Shown in pieces: positions 9,349 through 18,665 of a DNA stretch of 64,000 nt (position 1 is the first letter of the stretch; every line of letters starts with the position of its first letter). Location: the sequence record SRR2962707_5461. One strand, given 5' to 3'. Below the pieces are notes generated by a model. The model worked only from the letters and a program-made list of their open reading frames with translations, ran no database searches and was not told the origin of the DNA. Made by a program: the position numbers and the translations under genes.

Positions 9349-9942
9349 CTATGCCATACCTAGAGAGTGTTCTAATGTTTTCCAGCGTTTGACCAATTTG
9401 AACCGAGCCAATGCTTTTATATTGCTCACAAGAAATAGTTTCAGGCCGTAGCGTCTGGTACCTAATCCATCAATGATTTTGGGAACATAGCCATTTTCTG
9501 TTTTTTTCAAAAGGATCTGGTCTTTTGTTACGTCACCCAACAAAATGGCGTTTTTATATAGATCTTGAAAAACAGTACCTAGTATCTCTTTAGCTTCAGT
9601 CTCAGAAATGATTTTATTTTTTAATAACGAATAAATAGACTGGCTTGAAGTGCCGTCGTTATCTGTAACCTTTTCAAAGACTAACCCTTCTCCCATGTTG
9701 GTTGTTACTTCACCATAGAATTCAGAAAGGAAAGGGGATAGGTTTTTTCTTTTTTTTAATTTTGTGTAATAGTATTTTTCTATTTTATTTTGACTTCTGT
9801 GTTTTCTTCTTTGAACTTTTACACACAAGTCTCTATTCAAAGGGTTGGTGTAGCAAGCTCGCTCATTTCCTTTGCCAATAAAATCGGACTCTTTAAGAAA
9901 AAGTGGTTTGTCTTTTGGTAAGGCTAAACTGAAAGAAGTCAT
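9349..9942 (-). CDS. YrbL-family (kinase-like fold) protein
   Basis: IGKGNERACY, LCVKV, YGEVTTNMGEGLVFE, IIDGLG; AT-rich; start after AGGGTG. Confidence 0.75.
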   Translation of the reverse strand: MTSFSLALPKDKPLFLKESDFIGKGNERACYTNPLNRDLCVKVQRRKHRSQNKIEKYYYTKLKKRKNLSPFLSEFYGEVTTNMGEGLVFEKVTDNDGTSSQSIYSLLKNKIISETEAKEILGTVFQDLYKNAILLGDVTKDQILLKKTENGYVPKIIDGLGTRRYGLKLFLVSNIKALARFKLVKRWKTLEHSLGMA

Positions 9943-10095
9943 GGTAAGCACACCCTAAACATATATTTGTTACTGGGATGTTAAGTTTTTTTTATTTATT
10001 TTTCATTTTTTTTGAGGGAGAAGATAGATCTTCCATCTTACATTCACATTTTGTTCACTTTTTTAATGGTGATTCTTGAATGGAGAAGGGAAAAT

Positions 10096-11040
10096 TTAGA
10101 CAGAAAGCAGCTTGATAGTCAGCTTTTGAGTGTCTTCAAAAGGAATGTCTGTATTGAAGTATATGATTTTATTGGGCCTTATCAGGACAGAGCTTTCTAA
10201 GTAAAAATGACTGAGAAAATTGATGGTTTGCTCTGAAAGCTCATTTCTTCTAGATAAAATGACATCGGCAGGAGCGTCTAACTGAATGATTGTTTTTGGT
10301 GCAGGAATAAATCTGCTCTTAATCGAGATCTTCTGGCTGGATTTTGGAGGGGCTTCGGCTCTCAAGTGAGAGGCGAGATGATCATTAGTGTAGCGATCAC
10401 AGAGGATTTTTTTTGTTGAAAAAAAAGACAGTATTGATTTGATATAAAGTCGTAATAGAGAGGAAATTAAAACCGCATTGGGGTGTAAATCATCGTAATT
10501 ATTTTTCGATGTATATTTTCTCTGTTGTAGGGAATAGAGGACTTTATAAGTAAGGGATCTACGGAAAACACTTTTGTAGCGAAGCGGTTTAGAAGGGGTG
10601 TCTTGTTGAATGACAGAAGCGATGGTGCTTTTGCCTACGCCATCAGGGCCAATAAGGCAGATGAAATTGTTTTTAAAAATCTTAACATTACGTATTTTGT
10701 TCCATAGGAAGCAGGCATTTTTTTTAGTGGGTAGTTGTGTTTTGCTTCTTACTAACCTCTCAGAGGCTAAGAGCTCTATATGAAGTTGCGCAATCTCATC
10801 AATGTTTGGCGAGACGATTGATAGGGTTTTTTGATGATGGTTCTTGTTATAAAAAACAAAACTAATAGATTCTTTTCTACAAAAGTCTTTTATTGTCTTT
10901 AGCAATAAAACTAAATTCTTATGTTCTAAGTATATGACCTTGTTGAGCGTATCTTGCTCTTTTTGAAACGGTAAAATAGAGAGTCTAAAGTGACTCTGAG
11001 AAATTAAAGTTGTTAAGATTTTATTAAGAAGATTAGTCAT
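10096..11040 (-). CDS. Hypothetical protein with a C-terminal thymidylate-kinase-like P-loop domain
   Basis: LIGPDGVGKST, ILCDRY, PAPKTIIQLDAPADVILSR; unknown ~120-aa N-terminus; AT-rich. Confidence 0.7.
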   Translation of the reverse strand: MTNLLNKILTTLISQSHFRLSILPFQKEQDTLNKVIYLEHKNLVLLLKTIKDFCRKESISFVFYNKNHHQKTLSIVSPNIDEIAQLHIELLASERLVRSKTQLPTKKNACFLWNKIRNVKIFKNNFICLIGPDGVGKSTIASVIQQDTPSKPLRYKSVFRRSLTYKVLYSLQQRKYTSKNNYDDLHPNAVLISSLLRLYIKSILSFFSTKKILCDRYTNDHLASHLRAEAPPKSSQKISIKSRFIPAPKTIIQLDAPADVILSRRNELSEQTINFLSHFYLESSVLIRPNKIIYFNTDIPFEDTQKLTIKLLSV

Positions 11041-11201
11041 GGTCACTGTTTGAATGAAAGTAAGATGCGCTAAACATGCATTAATTACAGGGGATGATAA
11101 AACGTTTGTATTTATTAATCATCCTTTTAGTAGCGTTATGGTTATGTTTACTCGCTGTTTAGCTACCTTGCTACTTATAGGGATATATTAAGGAGAATAG
11201 C

Positions 11202-11236
11202 TGGTAAATATGCAGGATAGATACGCATATTTACCA
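11202..11236. terminator. Stem-loop after the GT4 gene
   Basis: TGGTAAATATGC...GCATATTTACCA. Confidence 0.55.
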
Positions 11237-11249
11237 AGTATACTCAAAC

Positions 11250-12290
11250 TTACTGCCCCTTTTTGTATAGGGCCAAATAGCGCTCAGCCATTTTTTTCGG
11301 GGTGTAGTTTTCAAGGCGAGCAGTCGCGTCAGCGACCAGAGACTGTTGCAAGGTTTTGTTGCAAGAGAGGGTTACGATGGCCTCTTTAAGCGCTTCACTG
11401 TCATTAGCTGGCACTAACAACCCAGTTTCTTGGTGGATGACAATATCTGGAATGCCACCAACGTCAGAGGCGATAATAGGCACGCCCGCGTCCATGACAT
11501 CCAATAGGGTGGAGCCAAGCCCTTCGTTTCTTGATGGAAAGGCGAAGAGGTCAAAGAAGGGTAAATAATCCCCAATATTGGGTTTGAACCCCATCCAAGT
11601 TACATTGCTGCTCTTTTCTGAATAGGCTTTGAGTTCGTCTTTATCTGCGCCGTCACCAAAGAAGACGAAGTGGAATTCAGGGTGAGTTTTTTCCAGCTTC
11701 ACCGCGGCATCGAGTAACACTTTTTGCCCTTTATGTCGGTCGACTAGTGCGCCAACGTGACCAATGATGACTTTGCCGGGAAAGAGGGATCTAAACTTCT
11801 CCCCTTCTTCTTTATGGCGTTCTAAGTGCGCCAAGGTGCTCGGTATCTGCTCCACATCGCCCCAGCCCTTATCTCGGATATGGTTGGCGATTAAGCTCGA
11901 TATACCAACGCGAAAAAGTGCATTTTGGTAAGAACGAGTGTTTGACCATTTATCTTTAATCGGTGTGTCAACACGTCGAGTTAAAAGGTAAGGGGTTTTA
12001 CGCAACAGTTTATGTAAGTAAGCCCAATGAACGGCTTTGGCTTCATGAGCATGCACTATATCGACTTTTGGTGCGCTGAAATGACCATCAAGCTGGTGGT
12101 TGGCCGTTAGAAAGGTCACCTTATTTATCTGCTTTAATCTGTCTCGTAACGGTGAGTCATCTCGGCAGGCCACGATTTGCGTGACATCAAAATGTTTAGC
12201 AAGTGCGGTTATTAATAGCTCAGTTTGCCTTTCGCCGCCACGAAACCCTTTTGCAAGGTTGACGTGCATAATAGTAAGAGTATTAGTCAA
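11250..12290 (-). CDS. Glycosyltransferase family 4 (LPS core)
   Basis: GFRGGERQ, HKGQ, PSRNEGLG, ASDVGGIPDIV. Confidence 0.92.
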   Translation of the reverse strand: MTNTLTIMHVNLAKGFRGGERQTELLITALAKHFDVTQIVACRDDSPLRDRLKQINKVTFLTANHQLDGHFSAPKVDIVHAHEAKAVHWAYLHKLLRKTPYLLTRRVDTPIKDKWSNTRSYQNALFRVGISSLIANHIRDKGWGDVEQIPSTLAHLERHKEEGEKFRSLFPGKVIIGHVGALVDRHKGQKVLLDAAVKLEKTHPEFHFVFFGDGADKDELKAYSEKSSNVTWMGFKPNIGDYLPFFDLFAFPSRNEGLGSTLLDVMDAGVPIIASDVGGIPDIVIHQETGLLVPANDSEALKEAIVTLSCNKTLQQSLVADATARLENYTPKKMAERYLALYKKGQ

Positions 12291-12308
12291 AATAGGGGGC
12301 CTAGTTGA

Positions 12309-13094
12309 TTACCAAATATTGTTGAAATCGTCTTGTTTCGTCACGCTGGGATCACGTTGATATTCAAGTAGTTTTGCGTATTTCAAATAGCTATTAATCG
12401 CCGAGCTTAATGCGACAGTCATGCCATCCACACCGCCTAAAAAACCCCGTTGAAAAATATACTTACGAATAAACGCATTGAGGCCATGTAAGAAGGGGGA
12501 AAAAGCGTTGGCTTTTTTGCCTTTCGCATACATTATTTTAGCGGCACGGCCACTGAAGTTACGTCCCGGCTTAGCGAACAATTCGCCTATATTCTTAAAG
12601 GAAAAATGAATAATGTCAGCGTTAATTTCTTGTACAGATTTGGCCTGTACGCTGGAATGTTGTTTGACATCGGCAAAGCGAGTTTTGTCGGTATTGTAAA
12701 GACGTATGCAGCGATCTGGGTACCATCCGCACTGCTTAATCCAGCGACTGCCTATCATATTTTGGCGACGGAATGAGAAGCCTTCGACCGATGCTGAAGA
12801 TAAATCCAGTTGGCTGATAGCGAGGGACATTTCAGGCGTTAGGCGTTCATCAGCGTCAAGGCTGAGAACCCAGTTGTGTTTGGTATGAGATAAAGCCACA
12901 TTTTTTTGAATACCATCCCCTAAATAGGCTTGATGGACAACCGTTGCTCCTAAACGCTGGGCAATTTCGACCGTTTTGTCGGTGCTTCCTGAGTCAACCA
13001 CCACAATGTCGTCACAAACGCTTTGCATGGATTCGATACAAGCAGCGATGTTGTTTTCTTCGTTAAGGGTGATTATGTTGCCTGAAATATTCAT
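12309..13094 (-). CDS. Glycosyltransferase family 2, WaaE/KdtX-like
   Basis: TLNEENNI, VVDSGSTD, LDADE, GWYPD, RGFLGG. Confidence 0.92.
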   Translation of the reverse strand: MNISGNIITLNEENNIAACIESMQSVCDDIVVVDSGSTDKTVEIAQRLGATVVHQAYLGDGIQKNVALSHTKHNWVLSLDADERLTPEMSLAISQLDLSSASVEGFSFRRQNMIGSRWIKQCGWYPDRCIRLYNTDKTRFADVKQHSSVQAKSVQEINADIIHFSFKNIGELFAKPGRNFSGRAAKIMYAKGKKANAFSPFLHGLNAFIRKYIFQRGFLGGVDGMTVALSSAINSYLKYAKLLEYQRDPSVTKQDDFNNIW

Positions 13095-13104
13095 GTTTGG
13101 CTCT

Positions 13105-14046
13105 TTAGTATGAATGCTTTAATAGATTGATAGCGTGTTCTGTAACCAGCTTAATGCTGATTGTTTTAATGTCTTGGTTTTGGTGTGGTGTCACTTTAAT
13201 GGATTTAGGGTGCGTTAGAAACCATTCAGGATTAGCTTCTTTAAATAGCCCAATGTACGGTCTTTGCATACATTGGGCGATATGAGATGGTCCGCAATCG
13301 TTAGCTATGGTTAAGTCGCAGAGCGACACCAATTTACAAATATCTTTAATGGGCAGTGCGGTGTGTAAAAACAGGTCTTCAGAGGTTGCCAATAAGTTAT
13401 TCATCAGCTGGATTTCTTCTGTTTCATCTGGGCCAAGCAGAACGTGGAGGTGACATTTTCCCCCCGATTGCTCAGCTATTTTCTTGCTTACTTTAAGGTA
13501 ATTTAATAACCCCCACTTTTTGTGTTCTCCACCACCGCTACCTGGCATGACCAATACATTAATGACTTGCTTGTTAATGGTAAGGCTGGATGATTCGGCG
13601 AGTTCATAAAAAGGCAAAGCGAGGGCTTCTGATAGCTCGGCTTTATCCTGAGTGAATATTTTAAGATAGTTGAGTGCTCGGTACTCTTCTTCATTCAGAA
13701 TGCTGTATTGATGAGCAGGTAAACCTGCGGCTTCACTATTCACCAAATCAAAGATCTGACCATTTTTAATGGTCTTATAAAGCAAAACTGGAAAGCGATT
13801 ACTCGGCCTTAAGTTTAAGAGGTTGCTGCCATTAGAGAGCGCTTTGAGCTCAGCTAGGTAATTTGTAGAATGTATTGTACTTTCTATCCAGGGGAATTGT
13901 TGGAATACCCAGCTGACCTTATGTCTTGATAGAAGAATAAGGGGGTCATCACCACAATGGCGTTGACTAAATAGCCTTAACGCTGGGAGTGTGGTGATTT
14001 GAGCGCCGAAATGAGGCCGGTTTCTGAGCAATACAATATTCGTCAT
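13105..14046 (-). CDS. Divergent glycosyltransferase family 9 (heptosyltransferase-like)
   Basis: HFGAQITTLPA, PGSGGGEHKKW, IANDCGPSHIA. Confidence 0.8.
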   Translation of the reverse strand: MTNIVLLRNRPHFGAQITTLPALRLFSQRHCGDDPLILLSRHKVSWVFQQFPWIESTIHSTNYLAELKALSNGSNLLNLRPSNRFPVLLYKTIKNGQIFDLVNSEAAGLPAHQYSILNEEEYRALNYLKIFTQDKAELSEALALPFYELAESSSLTINKQVINVLVMPGSGGGEHKKWGLLNYLKVSKKIAEQSGGKCHLHVLLGPDETEEIQLMNNLLATSEDLFLHTALPIKDICKLVSLCDLTIANDCGPSHIAQCMQRPYIGLFKEANPEWFLTHPKSIKVTPHQNQDIKTISIKLVTEHAINLLKHSY

Positions 14047-15044
14047 GTCAGTACGGATCTTGCGATTATGTCAGGAGTGAGTTGGTTTTGGCAGTTTGTG
14101 TGACCAAGAGGGCAGGTGCGTTTAAAGCACGGAGAGCACTCTAGGTGCAAGTTGTGTATCGTCTTATTGTCAGTCAATGGTGGTGTGAATAACTCACTGG
14201 TTGAACCATAGATACCATGCACCTCAGTGCCCACGGAAGCGGCGACATGCATCAGCCCTGAGTCATTGCTGACGGCTTTTTCAGCGGCGGCAAGTAGATC
14301 TATCGCGTCAACAAGCTTGGTCTTCCCGCATAAATTGAAAGCATACTCTCCCAATCCTTTGGTGATATTCGCGCCATCTTCAGCGTCTTTAGGGCCACCT
14401 AGTACCCATATTTGATAACCCGCCTGGATGGCTTTCTCTGCTAACTCGTGGAAATAAGCGATAGGCCATTGCTTAGAAGGGCCAAATTCTGCTCCTGCCA
14501 TTAAGGCAATCGCTGGGCGATCTGGCAATTGGTAAGTATTAAACAAGGCTTTTTGATTGTTAGGGTCGACTCGTAATGCTGGGTAAGGCAATGTTTTAGG
14601 TGGGTACGCCTCTTCACTAGGTAGACCAAGAGAAGTAAATCGCTTCACGGTTTGATTTAATATGTTCTTATCAAGCTTACGGCGTTCATTCAATAAAAAG
14701 TAGCGCTGCTCACCGGTAAACCCAACTCGGTGTTTGGCTTTGGCAAAAAAGGGTACTAAGGCCGACTTCCAGGAACGGGGCATCACTATGGCGTGGTCAT
14801 AGTGCTCACTGCGTAAGGATTTGCCCAGCTGTCTGCGGGTGCTAATTCCCCATTCGCCATGCCCTGTTGGTAAGGTGATGGCATTACGGACCTCTGGCAT
14901 TCTCGCTAAAATAGGCGATGACCAGTTAGGCCCAATAACATCAATAATCGCCTCTTTATCACGCTCTTTTAGGGTGATAAAGAGGCTTTGCGCCATTACC
15001 ATGTCACCGACCCAAGAAGGGCCGACAATTAAGTATTTAGCCAT
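14043..15044 (-). CDS. waaF: ADP-heptose:LPS heptosyltransferase II
   Basis: [55 protein letters not shown]. Confidence 0.95.
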   Translation of the reverse strand: MAKYLIVGPSWVGDMVMAQSLFITLKERDKEAIIDVIGPNWSSPILARMPEVRNAITLPTGHGEWGISTRRQLGKSLRSEHYDHAIVMPRSWKSALVPFFAKAKHRVGFTGEQRYFLLNERRKLDKNILNQTVKRFTSLGLPSEEAYPPKTLPYPALRVDPNNQKALFNTYQLPDRPAIALMAGAEFGPSKQWPIAYFHELAEKAIQAGYQIWVLGGPKDAEDGANITKGLGEYAFNLCGKTKLVDAIDLLAAAEKAVSNDSGLMHVAASVGTEVHGIYGSTSELFTPPLTDNKTIHNLHLECSPCFKRTCPLGHTNCQNQLTPDIIARSVLT

Positions 15045-15984
15045 TTGAATCAAGCCATGTTAGGTAATCTTGTACGCCTTTTGCTAGGCCGCGGAAAGTA
15101 CCAGGGTAGCCTGCGTCTCGTAACTTTTGGATGTCTGCCTGAGTGAAACTTTGGTAAGCACCTTTCAAGTGTTCTGGGAAAGGAATGTATTCGATTTCGC
15201 CTTTTCCGTAATGCTCAATCACGGTTTCAGCAATGGTGCGAAACGGTTCAGCATTACCGGTACCCAGATTGAAAATCCCCGATTTATCGCCATTCTCCAT
15301 AAACCAAAGTTTAGTGTTTACTAGATCTTCTACATAGATGAAGTCACGACTTTGGCCGCCGGCTTCATAGCCATCGTAAGCGCCGAATAATTTAGGGTTT
15401 TCACCTTCCAGTACTTGATTGCGCAAATGAAACGCAACGCTTGCCATACTGCCTTTGTGCTGTTCACGAGGGCCGTAAACATTAAAGTAACGAAAGCCGA
15501 CAATTTGGCTTTTTGCTGTTGGTAAAACAGCACGAATGTATTGGTCGAACTGAAACTTAGAGTATGCGTACATGTTTAATGGTTTTTCGTTTTCACGGGA
15601 TTCTTGGAAAACAGGACCAGAACCATAAACCGATGCCGACGATGCGTAGGAAAATGCAGCGCCGTGCTTCAAACAAAAATCCAATACCGCTTTGGAATAT
15701 TGGTAGTTTACATCCATGACATATTTGCCATTCCACTCAGTGGTCGCAGAACAAGCGCCTTCGTGGAAAACCGCTGTAGGTTTAATGTTTAGAGTGTCAT
15801 TTTTTATGGCGTCTAAGAAATCGTACATGTCCATGTAATCTGCGATATCTAGGTCGGATAAATTGAGGCATTTCTTGCCGTCAGTCAGGTCGTCAACCAA
15901 TAGGATGTTGCTGATGCCTTTGTTATTTAAGGCTTTAATAATATTGCTGCCGATAAAGCCAGCGCCGCCAGTTACGATATACAT
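15037..15984 (-). CDS. hldD: ADP-L-glycero-D-manno-heptose 6-epimerase
   Basis: [52 protein letters not shown]. Confidence 0.97.
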   Translation of the reverse strand: MYIVTGGAGFIGSNIIKALNNKGISNILLVDDLTDGKKCLNLSDLDIADYMDMYDFLDAIKNDTLNIKPTAVFHEGACSATTEWNGKYVMDVNYQYSKAVLDFCLKHGAAFSYASSASVYGSGPVFQESRENEKPLNMYAYSKFQFDQYIRAVLPTAKSQIVGFRYFNVYGPREQHKGSMASVAFHLRNQVLEGENPKLFGAYDGYEAGGQSRDFIYVEDLVNTKLWFMENGDKSGIFNLGTGNAEPFRTIAETVIEHYGKGEIEYIPFPEHLKGAYQSFTQADIQKLRDAGYPGTFRGLAKGVQDYLTWLDSNG

Positions 15985-15997
15985 AAATTGTTCTTCC

Positions 15998-17140
15998 TCA
16001 GAGAGTAAAATCGGAATGAGATTGTTGCCATCTTATCACTTCGGCGAGGCCGAGAAAAATGTGATAGCTGCTGGTGCCTGGTAGCGGGAAGTCTTTCGGC
16101 TGGTTGTCAGCGTCAAGGTACTCATTCCAACGACCGTTTTCGATAAAGTAATGATCTTGAAGTAAGTTTAGCGCTTCAGTGATGCGCATGACTTTTTCTT
16201 CCTTGCCAATCGGCATGACCGTAATGGCTTTTAGGTATTCGGTGATCGGCCAAATGCGTTTTTCTTTGTCTATGGGGGTGTAGTCATTGCCATCTATTTG
16301 GTTATAAACACCACCGTTATCTGCTAGACCATGGCGCGATGCGGTAAGCCAAAGATGTTGCGCCAACTCAGTATAGTCTGAGTTTGGAAGAATTTTATTG
16401 GCTTGAAACAGCAGCCAGACCCATTCGAAATGATGCCCTGGCTCGACTTGATGGCCTGTTTTAGGGTGAAGGTGCCAATCTAGAGTGAAAAATTCTCGTA
16501 AGGTCTTTGTTTTTTTCTCGTAAAAATGCTCAAGGGCCAGTGTTAGTAATGCCCCGATTTGTGTTTTGTATGTGTCGTCTTGAGTGGCTTCATAAGCGGC
16601 GATGTAACCTTCAAGCAAATGCATATGAGGGTTTTGTCGACGCAATTGAGTGGGATCAACAGGAAAGGCTTCATAAAAACCACCGGACTTAGCCGACATG
16701 TGCTTGATCAGAAAACAATGTGTTTTCTTCATCAAATCAAGAGCACGTTGATCTTTTGTGAGAGTGTAATAATGGCTAAAAGACAAGAGTACGAAGGCTA
16801 ATGCATAGGCATCCGATTGAGTGTCCTTTATGGATAGGTCATCGTTGAGTGAGAATATCCAGCGTTCGTCTTGAAAATAGTGGTGAATAATAAAATCAAA
16901 CAGAGGCGGTAACTGGGCGCGCCATTGTTCATTGTTGCTCATGCTGGCCGCATGACTGAAGGTATACAGTTGGCGACATTGTGTTAGCAAGCGTACACGA
17001 CCTACTTTGTTTCGGCTCCAGTCGTGATTCATACTCTCATAGCTAAAGCCCAAATTTTGGTCAATACCATGCTTTGCCCAGTTAGCGAGTAGCTGATCAA
17101 AAAGGAAGTTTTTACAGGAAGTTAGGGGGGGATTCAGCAT
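15998..17140 (-). CDS. AGE-family epimerase/isomerase (possible phosphomannose isomerase)
   Basis: [37 protein letters not shown]. Confidence 0.85.
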   Translation of the reverse strand: MLNPPLTSCKNFLFDQLLANWAKHGIDQNLGFSYESMNHDWSRNKVGRVRLLTQCRQLYTFSHAASMSNNEQWRAQLPPLFDFIIHHYFQDERWIFSLNDDLSIKDTQSDAYALAFVLLSFSHYYTLTKDQRALDLMKKTHCFLIKHMSAKSGGFYEAFPVDPTQLRRQNPHMHLLEGYIAAYEATQDDTYKTQIGALLTLALEHFYEKKTKTLREFFTLDWHLHPKTGHQVEPGHHFEWVWLLFQANKILPNSDYTELAQHLWLTASRHGLADNGGVYNQIDGNDYTPIDKEKRIWPITEYLKAITVMPIGKEEKVMRITEALNLLQDHYFIENGRWNEYLDADNQPKDFPLPGTSSYHIFLGLAEVIRWQQSHSDFTL

Positions 17141-17237
17141 GAGTAAATTTGCCTTATTACTTGTGATGTAGGTATGTCCAACTTATTGAGTGAGTATGAT
17201 AGGATGAGCGCTCTCAAAAATCGATTATTATGTGGCT

Positions 17238-18665
17238 ATGAACTCTTCATATTTGAATTTTAAGGATAAACACATCCTCGTTGTGGGCGATGTCATGTTG
17301 GATCGCTACTGGCATGGTGGCACCTCTCGAATTTCACCAGAAGCCCCTGTGCAGGTAGTAAAAGTCTCTACTATTGAAGACCGACCTGGCGGAGCAGCGA
17401 ATGTCGCTCTTGGACTTGCTAAACTTGGCGTAGCCGTGACCTTGGTTGGTGTGGTTGGTAAAGATGAAAACGCCGAAGTATTGACGCGCTGTTTAGAAGC
17501 AGAAGGCGTGAACTGTCAGTTTGTCTATTCCGATGCCTTGCCTACCATTACCAAGCTGCGTGTGATGAGTCGTCATCAGCAGTTGATTCGCTTGGACTTT
17601 GAAGAGCGAGAAGACAGTCTATCTCAAAATGACGCTGTCGCTACTATGGTAAAAGCCTGTCTGCCTAATGCCGACGCGGTGATTTATTCCGATTACGCCA
17701 AAGGCTGTTTGGCGGATGTACAGACGTTGATTCAATTATCGAATGCAGTCGATGTCCCAAGTTTTATAGACCCGAAAGGCGATGACTTTTCTATCTATAA
17801 AGGGGCAACTCTGGTTAAGCCTAACTTATTAGAGTTTGAAAATATTGTTGGCAAGTGCAGCTCAGTTAAAGAGTTGGAAGAAAAAGCCAAGGCGCTGCGT
17901 GAACAGTTTGGTTGGGATGCTTTATTGGTCACCCGTGGTGAAGACGGTTTAATACTATTAAGTGATAACAAGCCACCATACTCACTGGCGACAGCGGCAA
18001 AAGAAGTGTTCGATGTTACTGGTGCAGGAGACACTGTAGTGGCGGTGTTGACCGCTGTTTATGCCACCAGTAAACGTTTTATTGACGCTGTAGAGTATGC
18101 CAACCAAGCCGCAGGGTATGTGGTGGGTAAGTTGGGAACCGCGTCTATTAATGCCGAGCAGCTTGATGCCATCATGTATCAGCGTAATCGTACGACAAAT
18201 TTTGGTGTGTTATCGCCTACGGAAGTACTTGAGCAAATCAAATTGGCTCAAGTGAGCGGTGAAAAAGTGGTTTTCACCAACGGTTGTTTTGATATTCTCC
18301 ATCCTGGCCATGTAGCGTACATGAAACAAGCCAAGGCTTTGGGGGATCGATTAATCGTTGCGGTGAACACCGATGCATCAGTGAAACGCTTAAAAGGCGA
18401 GAAGCGACCGATTAATAACCTAGAACATCGTATGGCTGTGTTGGAAGGCATTGGCGCGATTGATTGGGTGACTTGGTTTGATGAAGACACACCAAAAGAA
18501 ATAATCGAAGCGCTAAGTCCAGATGTATTGGTAAAAGGCGGTGATTACACCATTGAGAGCATAGTAGGTGCAGAGCATGTACTGTCCCATGGTGGTGAGG
18601 TAAAAGTATTGACCTTTGTTGATGGTTATTCAACAACCTCCATTATTGAGAAGGCAAATCTTTAA
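17238..18665 (+). CDS. hldE: Bifunctional heptose 7-phosphate kinase / heptose 1-phosphate adenylyltransferase
   Basis: GDVMLDRYW, RISPEAPV, DVTGAGDT, TNGCFDILHPGH, LVKGGDY. Confidence 0.97.
   Translation: MNSSYLNFKDKHILVVGDVMLDRYWHGGTSRISPEAPVQVVKVSTIEDRPGGAANVALGLAKLGVAVTLVGVVGKDENAEVLTRCLEAEGVNCQFVYSDALPTITKLRVMSRHQQLIRLDFEEREDSLSQNDAVATMVKACLPNADAVIYSDYAKGCLADVQTLIQLSNAVDVPSFIDPKGDDFSIYKGATLVKPNLLEFENIVGKCSSVKELEEKAKALREQFGWDALLVTRGEDGLILLSDNKPPYSLATAAKEVFDVTGAGDTVVAVLTAVYATSKRFIDAVEYANQAAGYVVGKLGTASINAEQLDAIMYQRNRTTNFGVLSPTEVLEQIKLAQVSGEKVVFTNGCFDILHPGHVAYMKQAKALGDRLIVAVNTDASVKRLKGEKRPINNLEHRMAVLEGIGAIDWVTWFDEDTPKEIIEALSPDVLVKGGDYTIESIVGAEHVLSHGGEVKVLTFVDGYSTTSIIEKANL

Noticed and set aside
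9985..10430. T8/A8 homopolymers as phase-variation tracts
   Set aside because: Expected by chance in this AT-rich DNA; the reading frames are intact
17141..17237. JUMPstart/ops element for the LPS operons
   Set aside because: No GGCGGTAG seen in the divergent spacer
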